Source: a virus (Duplodnaviria; Caudoviricetes). From it: 33,968 nt of DNA. The notes under the pieces were generated by a model that worked only from the letters and a program-made list of their open reading frames with translations, ran no database searches and was not told where the DNA came from. The stretch covers positions 1-33,968 of the IMG/VR virus record IMGVR_UViG_3300048598_000398; one strand, 5' to 3'. Made by a program: the position numbers and the translations under genes. Below, piece after piece: positions 1 to 8,112 of this stretch (position 1 is the stretch's first letter; every line of letters starts with the position of its first letter).

Positions 1-127
1 CTCTCAAGCCTTTTAGGGGTTGCCTTAGAGAGTTTCTTTCTGCTAAGAGTAGTTGGCCTTTGTTGGCCTGTTAGGTGTGTTTGAAGGGATATGGCTGGCT
101 CTTGTGGTTGTGGCAGTTGCAAGGATT
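1..127. repeat. Terminal direct repeat, identical to 33842-33968 (circular assembly overlap)
   Basis: The first 127 nt match the last 127 nt exactly; 127 is a common assembler k-mer length. Confidence 0.95.
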
Positions 128-1506
128 GTAAGAATGTGCGTGAGCATGTAGCTTCGCTTTTAGGTTTTAGAGTTGTTGAAGCTGCTGCGGGTAAGCCTTT
201 GCGTATTGCAGGTGTGGCCATAACAGCCGGCATATCTCGCAATTTTAATATTTACACTCCTGAGGAGCTCAAGGTTTTTGCTGAAAAGCTTGTGGGTTCT
301 CCGGTGTATATGGAGCATGTTTCGGCTAGCTCTGCTGTTGGGAAGGTTTCTAAGAGCGTTTTTGATGAGGCCCTGCGAGCGATTTTGTATGAGGCGGAAA
401 TTTTCGATGAGTCGGTTGCAGAAAAAATCCGTAATGGCTTGATTAGGCATGTGAGTGTTGGGGCGGATTATACTGCTGTTGATTTAGTTGATGCTAAGGT
501 GCCTCGGGGGTTGTATAATCCAGAGTTGTCGCTTGTTGCTGTGCCTGGTATTCCTGAAACAACTATCCAAGTTTTGGAGAGTCTTACCAATGTAGGCGGT
601 CAAGGCGTGAAGGTTGTTAAGGAAAAGCTTGTTGCTAAAGAGTTGTTGCAGGATTTGCAGTGTGTTTTCTGTGGCAAGCCCGGCGAGTATCTAGTTAGTG
701 TTTGTACCAGCTGCGGTGATAATGCGCAGTCTTTGGTTTTGCCGGTGTTGGAGCATTTGCCGGTGCGCGAGCTTCATTTGACGATTAAAGAAGCGGCTGA
801 GGATTTGCCGAGTCTGTTTTCGGCGTTTAAGGTTCGTTTTGTCGCTAGCCCTGATGCTTGCGAGAAGTGCAAAGCGTTGGATGGCAAAGAGTTTGTTTAT
901 GGTACTGAGCCAGGGTTGCCGCATGATGGCTGTAAGTGTCCTGGGTATCGGTTGGTTGAGCGGCTTTTGGTTCATGTTAACGGTAATGGAGTTGAGTGTT
1001 TGGAAGACAAAGATATTGAAAAGTTAGCTGCGAAAGTGGCTGAGAATTTGAAGGCTAAAGAGGCTGTGATGTTGAAGTGTCCGGCGTGTGGGCAAGAGTT
1101 TGATGCTGCCGCTTGGGAGGCTAATGGCTGGAAATGTCCTAACAAGGATTGCGGTGTTGAGGTTGTTGCTCCTGATAGTCCTGTTGTTTTGATTGCTAAG
1201 GGTGAGCCTAGCGCTGCTGAGAAGCTTGTAACTGTTACTGCTGAATTAGGCCAGAAAACTTCAAAGTTAACTGAAACTGAAAACAAGTTGACGGCGGCTA
1301 ATGGCCTTATTGAGAGGTATCGTAAGGTTGCGCCTGGCGTCGACTTGCTTGTGGATCCTCCGGTGTTGATGCCGGTTTCTGAGCATCTTAAGGTTCTTGA
1401 GGGTTTAGCGCCGCCTGTGATGGTTGAGCGTTCTTCGATGGGTATGCAGCGGCAGGGTCAGGCTGTGCGTGCTGCGATTTTGAAGGCTAAGGAGCGTCTG
1501 AAGTAG
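91..1506 (+). CDS. Prohead maturation protease fused to Zn-finger, MuF-like and scaffold regions
   Basis: N-terminal SRNFNIYTPEEL...VYMEH...VGKV...HVSVG...ELSLVAVPG pattern of HK97-type prohead proteases; several CxxC pairs and a coiled-coil C-terminus; first gene of the head operon. Confidence 0.8.
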   Translation: MAGSCGCGSCKDCKNVREHVASLLGFRVVEAAAGKPLRIAGVAITAGISRNFNIYTPEELKVFAEKLVGSPVYMEHVSASSAVGKVSKSVFDEALRAILYEAEIFDESVAEKIRNGLIRHVSVGADYTAVDLVDAKVPRGLYNPELSLVAVPGIPETTIQVLESLTNVGGQGVKVVKEKLVAKELLQDLQCVFCGKPGEYLVSVCTSCGDNAQSLVLPVLEHLPVRELHLTIKEAAEDLPSLFSAFKVRFVASPDACEKCKALDGKEFVYGTEPGLPHDGCKCPGYRLVERLLVHVNGNGVECLEDKDIEKLAAKVAENLKAKEAVMLKCPACGQEFDAAAWEANGWKCPNKDCGVEVVAPDSPVVLIAKGEPSAAEKLVTVTAELGQKTSKLTETENKLTAANGLIERYRKVAPGVDLLVDPPVLMPVSEHLKVLEGLAPPVMVERSSMGMQRQGQAVRAAILKAKERLK

Positions 1507-1746
1507 ATGGCTGAAGAGGCTGCTGTTGGCAAGTTTCATGTAGTCGGTGACGAGGAAGCTGATGTCACTATTGCTGATAGTGAGCACATGATTCTTCATA
1601 ATGAAGCAATTGGGCGTTTGCTTCGGAACATGTACAGGCGCATTCAGGGGTTAGAAAAGAAAGTTAAGGACATGGAAGCGAAGGAAGAAAAGAAGCCTGC
1701 GAAAGCTGTTAAATCGGCGTCTAAGGCTGAAAGTGGAGGTCCTTAA
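1507..1746 (+). CDS. Small hypothetical head-operon protein
   Basis: Abuts the protease stop, upstream GGAG; short coiled coil and Lys/Ala tail. Confidence 0.7.
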   Translation: MAEEAAVGKFHVVGDEEADVTIADSEHMILHNEAIGRLLRNMYRRIQGLEKKVKDMEAKEEKKPAKAVKSASKAESGGP

Positions 1747-1824
1747 GTTGATGCTCACTTTTGTGGGGCTAGTAGGCCAAGGACGAACTTGGTTGAACGT
1801 TGAAAATTTTGGAGATCGATTTAA

Positions 1825-2271
1825 TTGACTGATAAAACTGGAAAAAGTTGGATGGCTATTGGCGAAACTGACGATCCAAACGCGGTTATTGAGAGTTACG
1901 AGATTGCTGCTGCTGTGACTAAGGGCGATCCGGTATACTTGAGTGCTGACGACAAGATTACTCCTGCTGCGGCTGCTCGAGATTGCATTGGTATTGCTGT
2001 TAAGTCTCAGGCGACAGTTGGCGGTCAAGCTGCTATTTTGATTCGTGGGCGGGTCAAAGTTAAGGTTGGTGCTGCTATTACTCGTGGCAAAGCGGTTTAT
2101 GGTGCTGATGGAAACAAAAAGATTCTGCCGTTTACTGATGTTAGCCAGGCTGTTGATGAGGGTGGCGCTGCAAAATATACTGTAGCGGTTCCTTTTAATC
2201 AAAAGTTGGGCTATGCGTTAGAGACTGCTGATGCTGACGATGATTTGATCTTCATACAGGTGTGCAAGTAA
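1825..2271 (+). CDS. Capsid cement/decoration protein (DUF2190-like)
   Basis: Repeated AAVTKGDPVY / AAITRGKAVY and IGIA / LGYA motifs; directly upstream of the MCP; TTG start with GGAG. Confidence 0.7.
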   Translation: MTDKTGKSWMAIGETDDPNAVIESYEIAAAVTKGDPVYLSADDKITPAAAARDCIGIAVKSQATVGGQAAILIRGRVKVKVGAAITRGKAVYGADGNKKILPFTDVSQAVDEGGAAKYTVAVPFNQKLGYALETADADDDLIFIQVCK

Positions 2272-2273
2272 AC

Positions 2274-3242
2274 TTGAAACCACGTCTGTTTGAATCTGTC
2301 ATGAAACTGCAGAGCGGCGATGAAGAGTCTACAAAAAGGCTCTATGAAGCATTACAGCCAAAAATGAATGCTCACCCGTTCATGAAGCGGTACATCAACG
2401 CCGGCGTAAAAGAAGGCCTATTTAGTGATGGTGCTGGTGCCTTGGGTAAAATGCATGATACGCTTGTAAGAGCGGCTCATCCTATCCTTGTTGGCAGAAA
2501 CATCATTGAAGTTATGCCTTCGACTGAAGCTGTTGAGCGTTTTCCTTTGGATGCTGAATCTGTAGCGTACGAGTTCGCTGAAAATGGTGCAACTAGGCTT
2601 AGTGGCAAAAAGAAGTCAACTGTGGACATTTACACTAACGTTTTGGCGGAAGCTTCTGAGGAATGGACTAAAGAGTTCACTGAAGATGCAACCTGGAATG
2701 TTATGAATAACATGGTTGAGCTGGTTGGCCGTGCTTTAGGCAAAAAGGAAACCGAGAAAATCATTGCGTTGTATGCTGCTGTTGCAAATGGCGATTTAGC
2801 CGGTGGTGCTGAAGTTGCGGGCGGCGGTGCTGTGTGCAGTTGGGCAACTTTGCTTGCTGGTCACAATGCTGTTGAGTCTGAAGATTTCATGCCTAACGTG
2901 TTTGGTTGCCATATAATGCAGAAACACCAGTTGCTGAATGACGACAAGTTTGTTAACTCATTGTATTTGCCGAGCGGTCAGACTGATGTTGATCGTGCAA
3001 GTATTGGTGAAGTTCTTGGTATGAGTGTGCAGGCAAGTTCACTGTTTACTAACGGTGTTGCTTACGCGATTGATACCCGGATTGCTGCAGCAATGCTTCT
3101 GCGTAGAGACGTCACTGTTGAAGATTGGTATAATCCTCAAACCGGTAAGTATGGTGTGCGTGCAACTACTCGCTTTGGCCTTGGTGTGCTTCGCTCTAAA
3201 GGTGTCGCTCGTATTTCGAACATTAAGACGACTTTGACTTAG
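2274..3242 (+). CDS. Major capsid protein, HK97 fold (likely TTG start at 2274)
   Basis: About 320 aa, position after protease and cement, E-loop-like region and C-terminal TTRFGLGVLRSKGV. Confidence 0.85.
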   Translation: MKPRLFESVMKLQSGDEESTKRLYEALQPKMNAHPFMKRYINAGVKEGLFSDGAGALGKMHDTLVRAAHPILVGRNIIEVMPSTEAVERFPLDAESVAYEFAENGATRLSGKKKSTVDIYTNVLAEASEEWTKEFTEDATWNVMNNMVELVGRALGKKETEKIIALYAAVANGDLAGGAEVAGGGAVCSWATLLAGHNAVESEDFMPNVFGCHIMQKHQLLNDDKFVNSLYLPSGQTDVDRASIGEVLGMSVQASSLFTNGVAYAIDTRIAAAMLLRRDVTVEDWYNPQTGKYGVRATTRFGLGVLRSKGVARISNIKTTLT

Positions 3243-3260
3243 GCTGGAGCTGAGTGGGAC

Positions 3261-3551
3261 TTGTCGGTTAACGCTCTTGGCGCGTATTCGGGTAAGTGTT
3301 CCAATTGTGGTCGGGACCTCTATGGTAACCACGCTGATGTTGTGGTCTGTGACTGTTGGACTCTTTGCCCAGTGTGTGGCAGGGTGATGGCTGATTATGT
3401 TCCTGATTTGGCGCCGTCAAGTTATGGTCGTGCTGGTGTTCGTGATTTGCAGGTGCTTAAGGTGTGCTTTAATTTGGCCGGTCATCCGGACCATTCCCCC
3501 GTTTTTAGTGTTTTGAAGCCTGTTGAGGTTGAATTGACAAGTGAAAATTAA
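3261..3551 (+). CDS. Zn-finger protein
   Basis: CSNC, CDC and CPVC motifs; GGAG upstream. Confidence 0.65.
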   Translation: MSVNALGAYSGKCSNCGRDLYGNHADVVVCDCWTLCPVCGRVMADYVPDLAPSSYGRAGVRDLQVLKVCFNLAGHPDHSPVFSVLKPVEVELTSEN

Positions 3552-3556
3552 CGTGT

Positions 3557-3568
3557 TGCCACGTGGCA
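3557..3568. promoter_or_regulatory. Perfect palindrome TGCCACGTGGCA, parS-like copy 1 (intergenic)
   Basis: 12-bp palindrome with CACGTG core; an identical copy lies inside parB. Confidence 0.5.
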
Positions 3569-3617
3569 TGGTTTTGGGTTTTGTTAGCCGTGGCTTTTCA
3601 TTTTTGGAGGTTTACGC

Positions 3618-4913
3618 TTGGTAGTGGAGAAGAAAGGTGTTGTTTCACGGATTCGTGAAGCTGTTGGGCGTTTGCCGGTTTCTGGGTTTGCTTCTCCTAA
3701 TCCTGATACGGTTTATGATGTTCCTGTTGTTCCGTTGTTGGACTGTTGGGAGCTCTATAAGCGGGATACTACTTGTCGGAGTGCAGTTGATGAGTTGGCT
3801 GCTTCTCTTGTTGGTATGGGTTTCTATACCACTTGTGCTAGCGAAGCTGATTATGTTGATGCGCAAAAGGCGAAGAATGTTGTTGATGTCTTTTGCGGTT
3901 CTGCACCTAAGGGCATTAATTTGGATAGAATGCTTTTTCGTATGGCTAAGCGGTTAATTGCTTGTGGTAACGTTTTTTGGTTAAAGGTTTCTGAGACTGA
4001 AATAGTTAGGTTGCCGCTTGATGCCATTGAAAAGATTGGTATCGAGAATTTGAACGAGAATGATATCAAGATTCCGTATAAAGTCACTAGTTTTAAGCTT
4101 CGTTCTAAGTATGGTGGTGGGTTGCTTAAGCCGGAAAGGATTATTCATTGGAAGCTTGAGGAAGATGATGAGTCTTCTGGTTTTGGCCTTGGTTTGATGC
4201 AGACGTTGCTTTTGACGTTGACGATTCAGGGTAATGAGAAGCGTCCTAGTTATGCTTCTATGAAGGCAAAGATTGAGACTGTTTTGCCTAAGGTTTTTGA
4301 GAAGTGGATTGGTCCTGATGTTTTAGCGTATATTCCTGGTGCTTCTGAGGCGGATATTAGGAAGTGGGAGTCTGCTGTCAAGAATCGTAAGAAGGAGGGT
4401 AACTGGCTTTTTTATGGTGGCAAGTTAAGTAAGGATTTGCCTCAGCCTTCTTTGTCTCCTGTGCAGATTGATCCTCGGGGTCAGTTTGGCGGGTTTATTG
4501 AGTATATGGTTAATCAGTTTTATTTGGGGACTGAGACGCCTTTGCCGCGGTTGTTTAGTACTCCGGGGTTTACTGAGGCGTCGGCGAATGCTGCTAAGGA
4601 GTTGCAGGATTTGTTGATTAGGCCGGTTCAGCGGGATATTAAGCGTACTGTTGAGAGTGAAGTTTTTGCGTCGGCTGTTAGGGCGGCGGGTTTGGATCCT
4701 GTTTTGGCGAGTGTGCGTTTGAATTGGGGTAGTCCTGAGCAGCCTGAGATGTTGATGAGTGACTTGATCGCAGCGGCTGGTCAGGGGTTGATTCGTGGTG
4801 AGGAGTTTAGGAAGAATGCGGTTAAGGCTGGTTGGGAGTTGTGGGAGCCTAAGCCGCCAGCTGTTGGTCAGGGTAATGTGGGGTCTAATGCATCGGGAGG
4901 CGTTGGTCGCTAA
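3618..4913 (+). CDS. Portal protein
   Basis: 431 aa; LIACGNVFW, ERIIHWK...GFGLG and LIRPVQRDIKRTVE motifs typical of portals; GGAGG-TTG start. Confidence 0.85.
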   Translation: MVVEKKGVVSRIREAVGRLPVSGFASPNPDTVYDVPVVPLLDCWELYKRDTTCRSAVDELAASLVGMGFYTTCASEADYVDAQKAKNVVDVFCGSAPKGINLDRMLFRMAKRLIACGNVFWLKVSETEIVRLPLDAIEKIGIENLNENDIKIPYKVTSFKLRSKYGGGLLKPERIIHWKLEEDDESSGFGLGLMQTLLLTLTIQGNEKRPSYASMKAKIETVLPKVFEKWIGPDVLAYIPGASEADIRKWESAVKNRKKEGNWLFYGGKLSKDLPQPSLSPVQIDPRGQFGGFIEYMVNQFYLGTETPLPRLFSTPGFTEASANAAKELQDLLIRPVQRDIKRTVESEVFASAVRAAGLDPVLASVRLNWGSPEQPEMLMSDLIAAAGQGLIRGEEFRKNAVKAGWELWEPKPPAVGQGNVGSNASGGVGR

Positions 4914-5021
4914 TTTTTCCGTTTTCGAAGCCTTCTCCTTTCTCCTCGATTGCGGAGTTGTTTGCTAGCGTTTCTTGTGCGGATATGCCTGCATTGGCGG
5001 CTTGTTTGGAGGTGAATGTGT

Positions 5022-5321
5022 GTGGTTGAGTTGAGTAATCGTGAAGAAATCGCGTTAGGTTCAGTTATTGCGACTGTTGGGTCTACTGCAGTGTATCTTA
5101 GTCAGCAGCCGGTTCCGGATAGTATTAAGTGGCCTATAGTTACCATTTTAGGTTTGGTTGCTTTTGCTGGTGGTACTTTCTGGGCGATCTTTGTTTCGGC
5201 TAAAGTTGGTGCTGATGTGCCTTTGCCTCCTCAGGTTGAACCTGTGAAGACAAAGAAAAAAGGCGTTAAGTCTTCTGCTTCGAAGGCGTCAAGTGATTCT
5301 CAGGCGGAGACTAAGGGTTAA
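5022..5321 (+). CDS. Two-TM membrane protein (holin-like); GTG start at 5022 fits the SD GGAGGTG
   Basis: Two hydrophobic helices and a basic C-terminal tail. Confidence 0.6.
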   Translation: MVELSNREEIALGSVIATVGSTAVYLSQQPVPDSIKWPIVTILGLVAFAGGTFWAIFVSAKVGADVPLPPQVEPVKTKKKGVKSSASKASSDSQAETKG

Positions 5322-5399
5322 CGTTTAGGCGTCCAAGAAAAAAGTTGGCTTGACACGGCTCACTTGTGGGGCTGTGCAAGAATCTAGGAGAAAAATAAA

Positions 5400-5711
5400 A
5401 TGCCTGACTATTGCAGTATTGATAATGCCAAGTTTGTTTTACAGATTGATTTAGGCGATACTGCGTTTGATGAAAAGCTTGCTCTTGCTGTTACCAGTGG
5501 GAGCTCTTTGGTTGATGGGTTTTTGAGGGTTCAGGGGTTGTCTGTTCCTTCTGAGGTGCCTGAGTTGGTTAAGCAGGCGGCGGCTTATTTTGCTGCTTGG
5601 CAGTTTAAGCATTCCAGTGATCCTAAGAGTGATGATTTTTGGAGTGATGCTCAGCGGTTTTTGAATTCTTACATTGACGCTGTTTCTGAGGCGTATGTGG
5701 GGAGTGCTTAG
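5400..5711 (+). CDS. Head-tail connector/adaptor (SPP1 gp15 / HK97 gp6-like)
   Basis: YCSIDNAK..L N-terminus, VPELVKQAA motif, about 100 aa. Confidence 0.75.
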   Translation: MPDYCSIDNAKFVLQIDLGDTAFDEKLALAVTSGSSLVDGFLRVQGLSVPSEVPELVKQAAAYFAAWQFKHSSDPKSDDFWSDAQRFLNSYIDAVSEAYVGSA

Positions 5712-5713
5712 GA

Positions 5714-6145
5714 ATGCTTGAGGTTGAAGTTTCTCGTTCGGGCTTGGAATTAACTGTTTTTTCTGACAAGTTTAGTGGTCCTTTGCGTCAGAAGTTGATT
5801 AAGCGGCTTGCGGATGTTGCTTGGGCGGAAGCGTTTTGGGGTGCTCCTCGTCGGACGGGTTATTTGGCGTCGACTGTTTACAAGGACGTTGGTGAGGGTG
5901 AGGCGAGGGTTGGCGCAGCTGCATCTTATGCGAGGCATGTTGAGTATGGTACTCGTCCTCATGAGATTAGGCCTGTGAACGCTAGCGTTCTTGTTTTTCA
6001 GGGCAGAAATGGTTTAGTGTTTACTCCTTTGGTGCATCATCCTGGTACAAAGGCTAATCCGTTTATGCATCGTGCAGCTGAGAAGACTGTTGGCAGTGTT
6101 AGTGAGGTTTTCTCTGGTTTGTGGTTGGAGTTGGTGAGCGGTTAA
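5714..6145 (+). CDS. HK97 gp10-like neck/tail component
   Basis: APRRTGYLAS, YARHVEYGT and HPGTKANPFM motifs. Confidence 0.85.
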   Translation: MLEVEVSRSGLELTVFSDKFSGPLRQKLIKRLADVAWAEAFWGAPRRTGYLASTVYKDVGEGEARVGAAASYARHVEYGTRPHEIRPVNASVLVFQGRNGLVFTPLVHHPGTKANPFMHRAAEKTVGSVSEVFSGLWLELVSG

Positions 6146-6642
6146 TGGCAAAGTTTGCTGATGTGTATTCGGCAGTTTTTGATGCTGTTAAGGCTGCTTT
6201 GGTTTATGTTGCTGCTGTGACGCCGAGTGATGAGGTGCCTGAGGGTGTGCCGGCTAAGGGTGTAGCGTCTATTAAGACAGTGGTTTTGGAGGATGAGCCG
6301 AGTTATGGTGTTTTGCCTAAAGCGGTTATTTGTCCAGATGTTGCGCCTATTGAGCCTTTGAGTATGGGCGATATGGTTAAGGTTCATGTAGGTTTTAGCG
6401 TTACTGTTTTGTATCAGGAGTATGCGCCTAAGAATTGGTTTGATCATATTATTCCTGTTATGGGTGATGTGGTTGATGCTGTTTTGGCTGATGTTACTTT
6501 GGGTGGGGCGGCTAAGAATTGTTGGCCTGTAATGTTTGCTCCTGGTGAAATCAAGTTTAAGAAGGATAGCAAAGCGCCTGTGGATAAGACGCTTTTTGGT
6601 GGCGAAATTGTGTTTGTTGCGGAGGTCTGGTTTTCTCCATGA
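6145..6642 (+). CDS. Tail terminator/completion protein (ATG at 6145)
   Basis: Position after gp10, size, beta-rich pattern, TAATG overlap. Confidence 0.6.
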   Translation: MAKFADVYSAVFDAVKAALVYVAAVTPSDEVPEGVPAKGVASIKTVVLEDEPSYGVLPKAVICPDVAPIEPLSMGDMVKVHVGFSVTVLYQEYAPKNWFDHIIPVMGDVVDAVLADVTLGGAAKNCWPVMFAPGEIKFKKDSKAPVDKTLFGGEIVFVAEVWFSP

Positions 6643-7154
6643 ATAGGGAGTTGAAGCTGCATTTTCTTAAGCAGTTGGTTAATTGGCCGCTTCGTGTGTT
6701 GAATCGGTTTTTGGTGTTTCCTAAGAGTCCGCGGTATCCTCAAACGGTTGCTTTGTTGAGTTTGTATGGTACTTTGCGGCGGGTTTATAGTGTTGAGGTT
6801 AAGTCGGGCGTGTTTGATGTGCCTGATGGTAATTTTGAACGTTTGTTTACTGTTGCGATTAAGGTTTTGGCTCAAGTGTCTGAGCGGGACCGGTATTATC
6901 GGGCTTGGGTTGGTTTGTTCTTTTTGCTTGCGGCTCGTCAGGTTGAGTTAATGGATACTGATCCTGTGGTGTTGAAGCGGTTGATTAAGGAGCAGTGGGG
7001 AGATGATGTTGATTTTCTTCCTGACATAACTGTTCAAAAATGGGTTGCAGAGTTTCGCGAGGTTGCGCTCTGCAGTTATCTTGGTAACGTAGCTGGCGTT
7101 GTTGCTGGTGATGTTGCAAATAAAAATGTTGGAGGAATAAAATGTGAGTGCTGA
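6639..7154 (+). CDS. Hypothetical protein in the tail operon
   Basis: ATGA overlap, coding-strand codon bias. Confidence 0.7.
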   Translation: MNRELKLHFLKQLVNWPLRVLNRFLVFPKSPRYPQTVALLSLYGTLRRVYSVEVKSGVFDVPDGNFERLFTVAIKVLAQVSERDRYYRAWVGLFFLLAARQVELMDTDPVVLKRLIKEQWGDDVDFLPDITVQKWVAEFREVALCSYLGNVAGVVAGDVANKNVGGIKCEC

Positions 7155-7536
7155 ACCTAAACTTGGGCGTAATGCTCGGCTGCTTAAAGATGGAGCAGCT
7201 ATTGGATATGGAAAAAATATTAGTGTTGTCGCGGATGCGGAAATACTTAAAGTAACAAGTATGGATTCGTTGCAACCTGCTATTGTTGCTGCTGGTCAAC
7301 AGACTTTTAAGTGGACTATGGAGCGTTTGTTTACTGATAAGACATATCTTGCTTTGCTGCTTGCTGGTACAAAGTTTGATTTGATTTTTGCTCCTGAAGG
7401 ATCACCAGTTGGGTCTAGTAAGTGGGAGACGTGGACTGATTGTGTTATTACGCATGTTGAGCGTAAAGCAGGCGAAAGTGACGGTATCTTGGAGAGCCTT
7501 AGTGGTGAAGCTACCGGCGTAGAGTTTCCGGTGTAG
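7144..7536 (+). CDS. Major tail (tube) protein
   Basis: 130 aa beta-rich protein before chaperone and TMP; GGAGG-GTG start. Confidence 0.7.
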   Translation: MSAEPKLGRNARLLKDGAAIGYGKNISVVADAEILKVTSMDSLQPAIVAAGQQTFKWTMERLFTDKTYLALLLAGTKFDLIFAPEGSPVGSSKWETWTDCVITHVERKAGESDGILESLSGEATGVEFPV

Positions 7537-7546
7537 GTGACTGGGG

Positions 7547-7990
7547 GTGTCTGCTAAGAAAGGATCAGTTGCTTTTTCGCCTGAGAATGAGGCAAAGGTT
7601 GCTAAATGGAAAACGAAAGCCGAAACTGAAGAAGCTAAGGATACTGCGGTGTTTAATCCAGCGGATTTGTTAAAGCGTGCAGCCACTATTCATGAAGTGA
7701 AGCATCCAAAGCTTGGCTTGGTTCGTTTCGGTGAGCTGGTGATGGATGATGCCGAGTTGATTAATCAATGCAAGACTAAGAAGGATCGTAACGCCATGGC
7801 GATCTATCTGGTGCTTAAGAAAGCTTATCCTGAATTGCCAGAGTATACGCCGGAAACTATTGGCAAGTTTAGTAAAGCGTTTCCAATGATGGAGAGCAGT
7901 GAGCTTGTGAAGCTGATTAACCAGCAGCCGGGTTTTTTATTGATAAAATCCGACAGTGGGTCAGATGCAGCCGAGCAGCCGACGAGTTAG
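7547..7990 (+). CDS. Tail assembly chaperone (gpG-like)
   Basis: Lies between tube and TMP; slippery site near its 3' end. Confidence 0.75.
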   Translation: MSAKKGSVAFSPENEAKVAKWKTKAETEEAKDTAVFNPADLLKRAATIHEVKHPKLGLVRFGELVMDDAELINQCKTKKDRNAMAIYLVLKKAYPELPEYTPETIGKFSKAFPMMESSELVKLINQQPGFLLIKSDSGSDAAEQPTS

Positions 7991-8112
7991 GCCTTGTAAT
8001 GCATTGCTTTCCACAGTTTAGCTTTGAAGATATCGGTAAGTTGACGGTGTTCCAGTACAACTTTTTGGTTGCCTGGGCGCTGGAAGAGAGAGGGAGAAAA
8101 TTTGGTAAGTGA
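7930..8112 (+). CDS. -1 frameshift extension of the tail chaperone (gpGT-like)
   Basis: G GGT TTT / T TTT TTA at 7930-7939; the -1 frame stays open to TGA 8110-8112 (FIDKIRQWVRCSRAADELGLVMHCFPQFSFEDIGKLTVFQYNFLVAWALEERGRKFGK). Confidence 0.75.
   Translation, partial: GFFIDKIRQWVRCSRAADELGLVMHCFPQFSFEDIGKLTVFQYNFLVAWALEERGRKFGK

Noticed and set aside
1-127. 127-bp terminal repeat as a biological direct terminal repeat
   Set aside because: Length equals a common assembler k-mer and it cuts through a promoter and a gene start; it indicates circularity or terminal redundancy only.
1504-1509. Genome-wide TAG recoding (pyrrolysine or alternative code)
   Set aside because: In-frame junctions use TAA as well as TAG, downstream ORFs have their own SD, and core genes are uninterrupted in the standard code.
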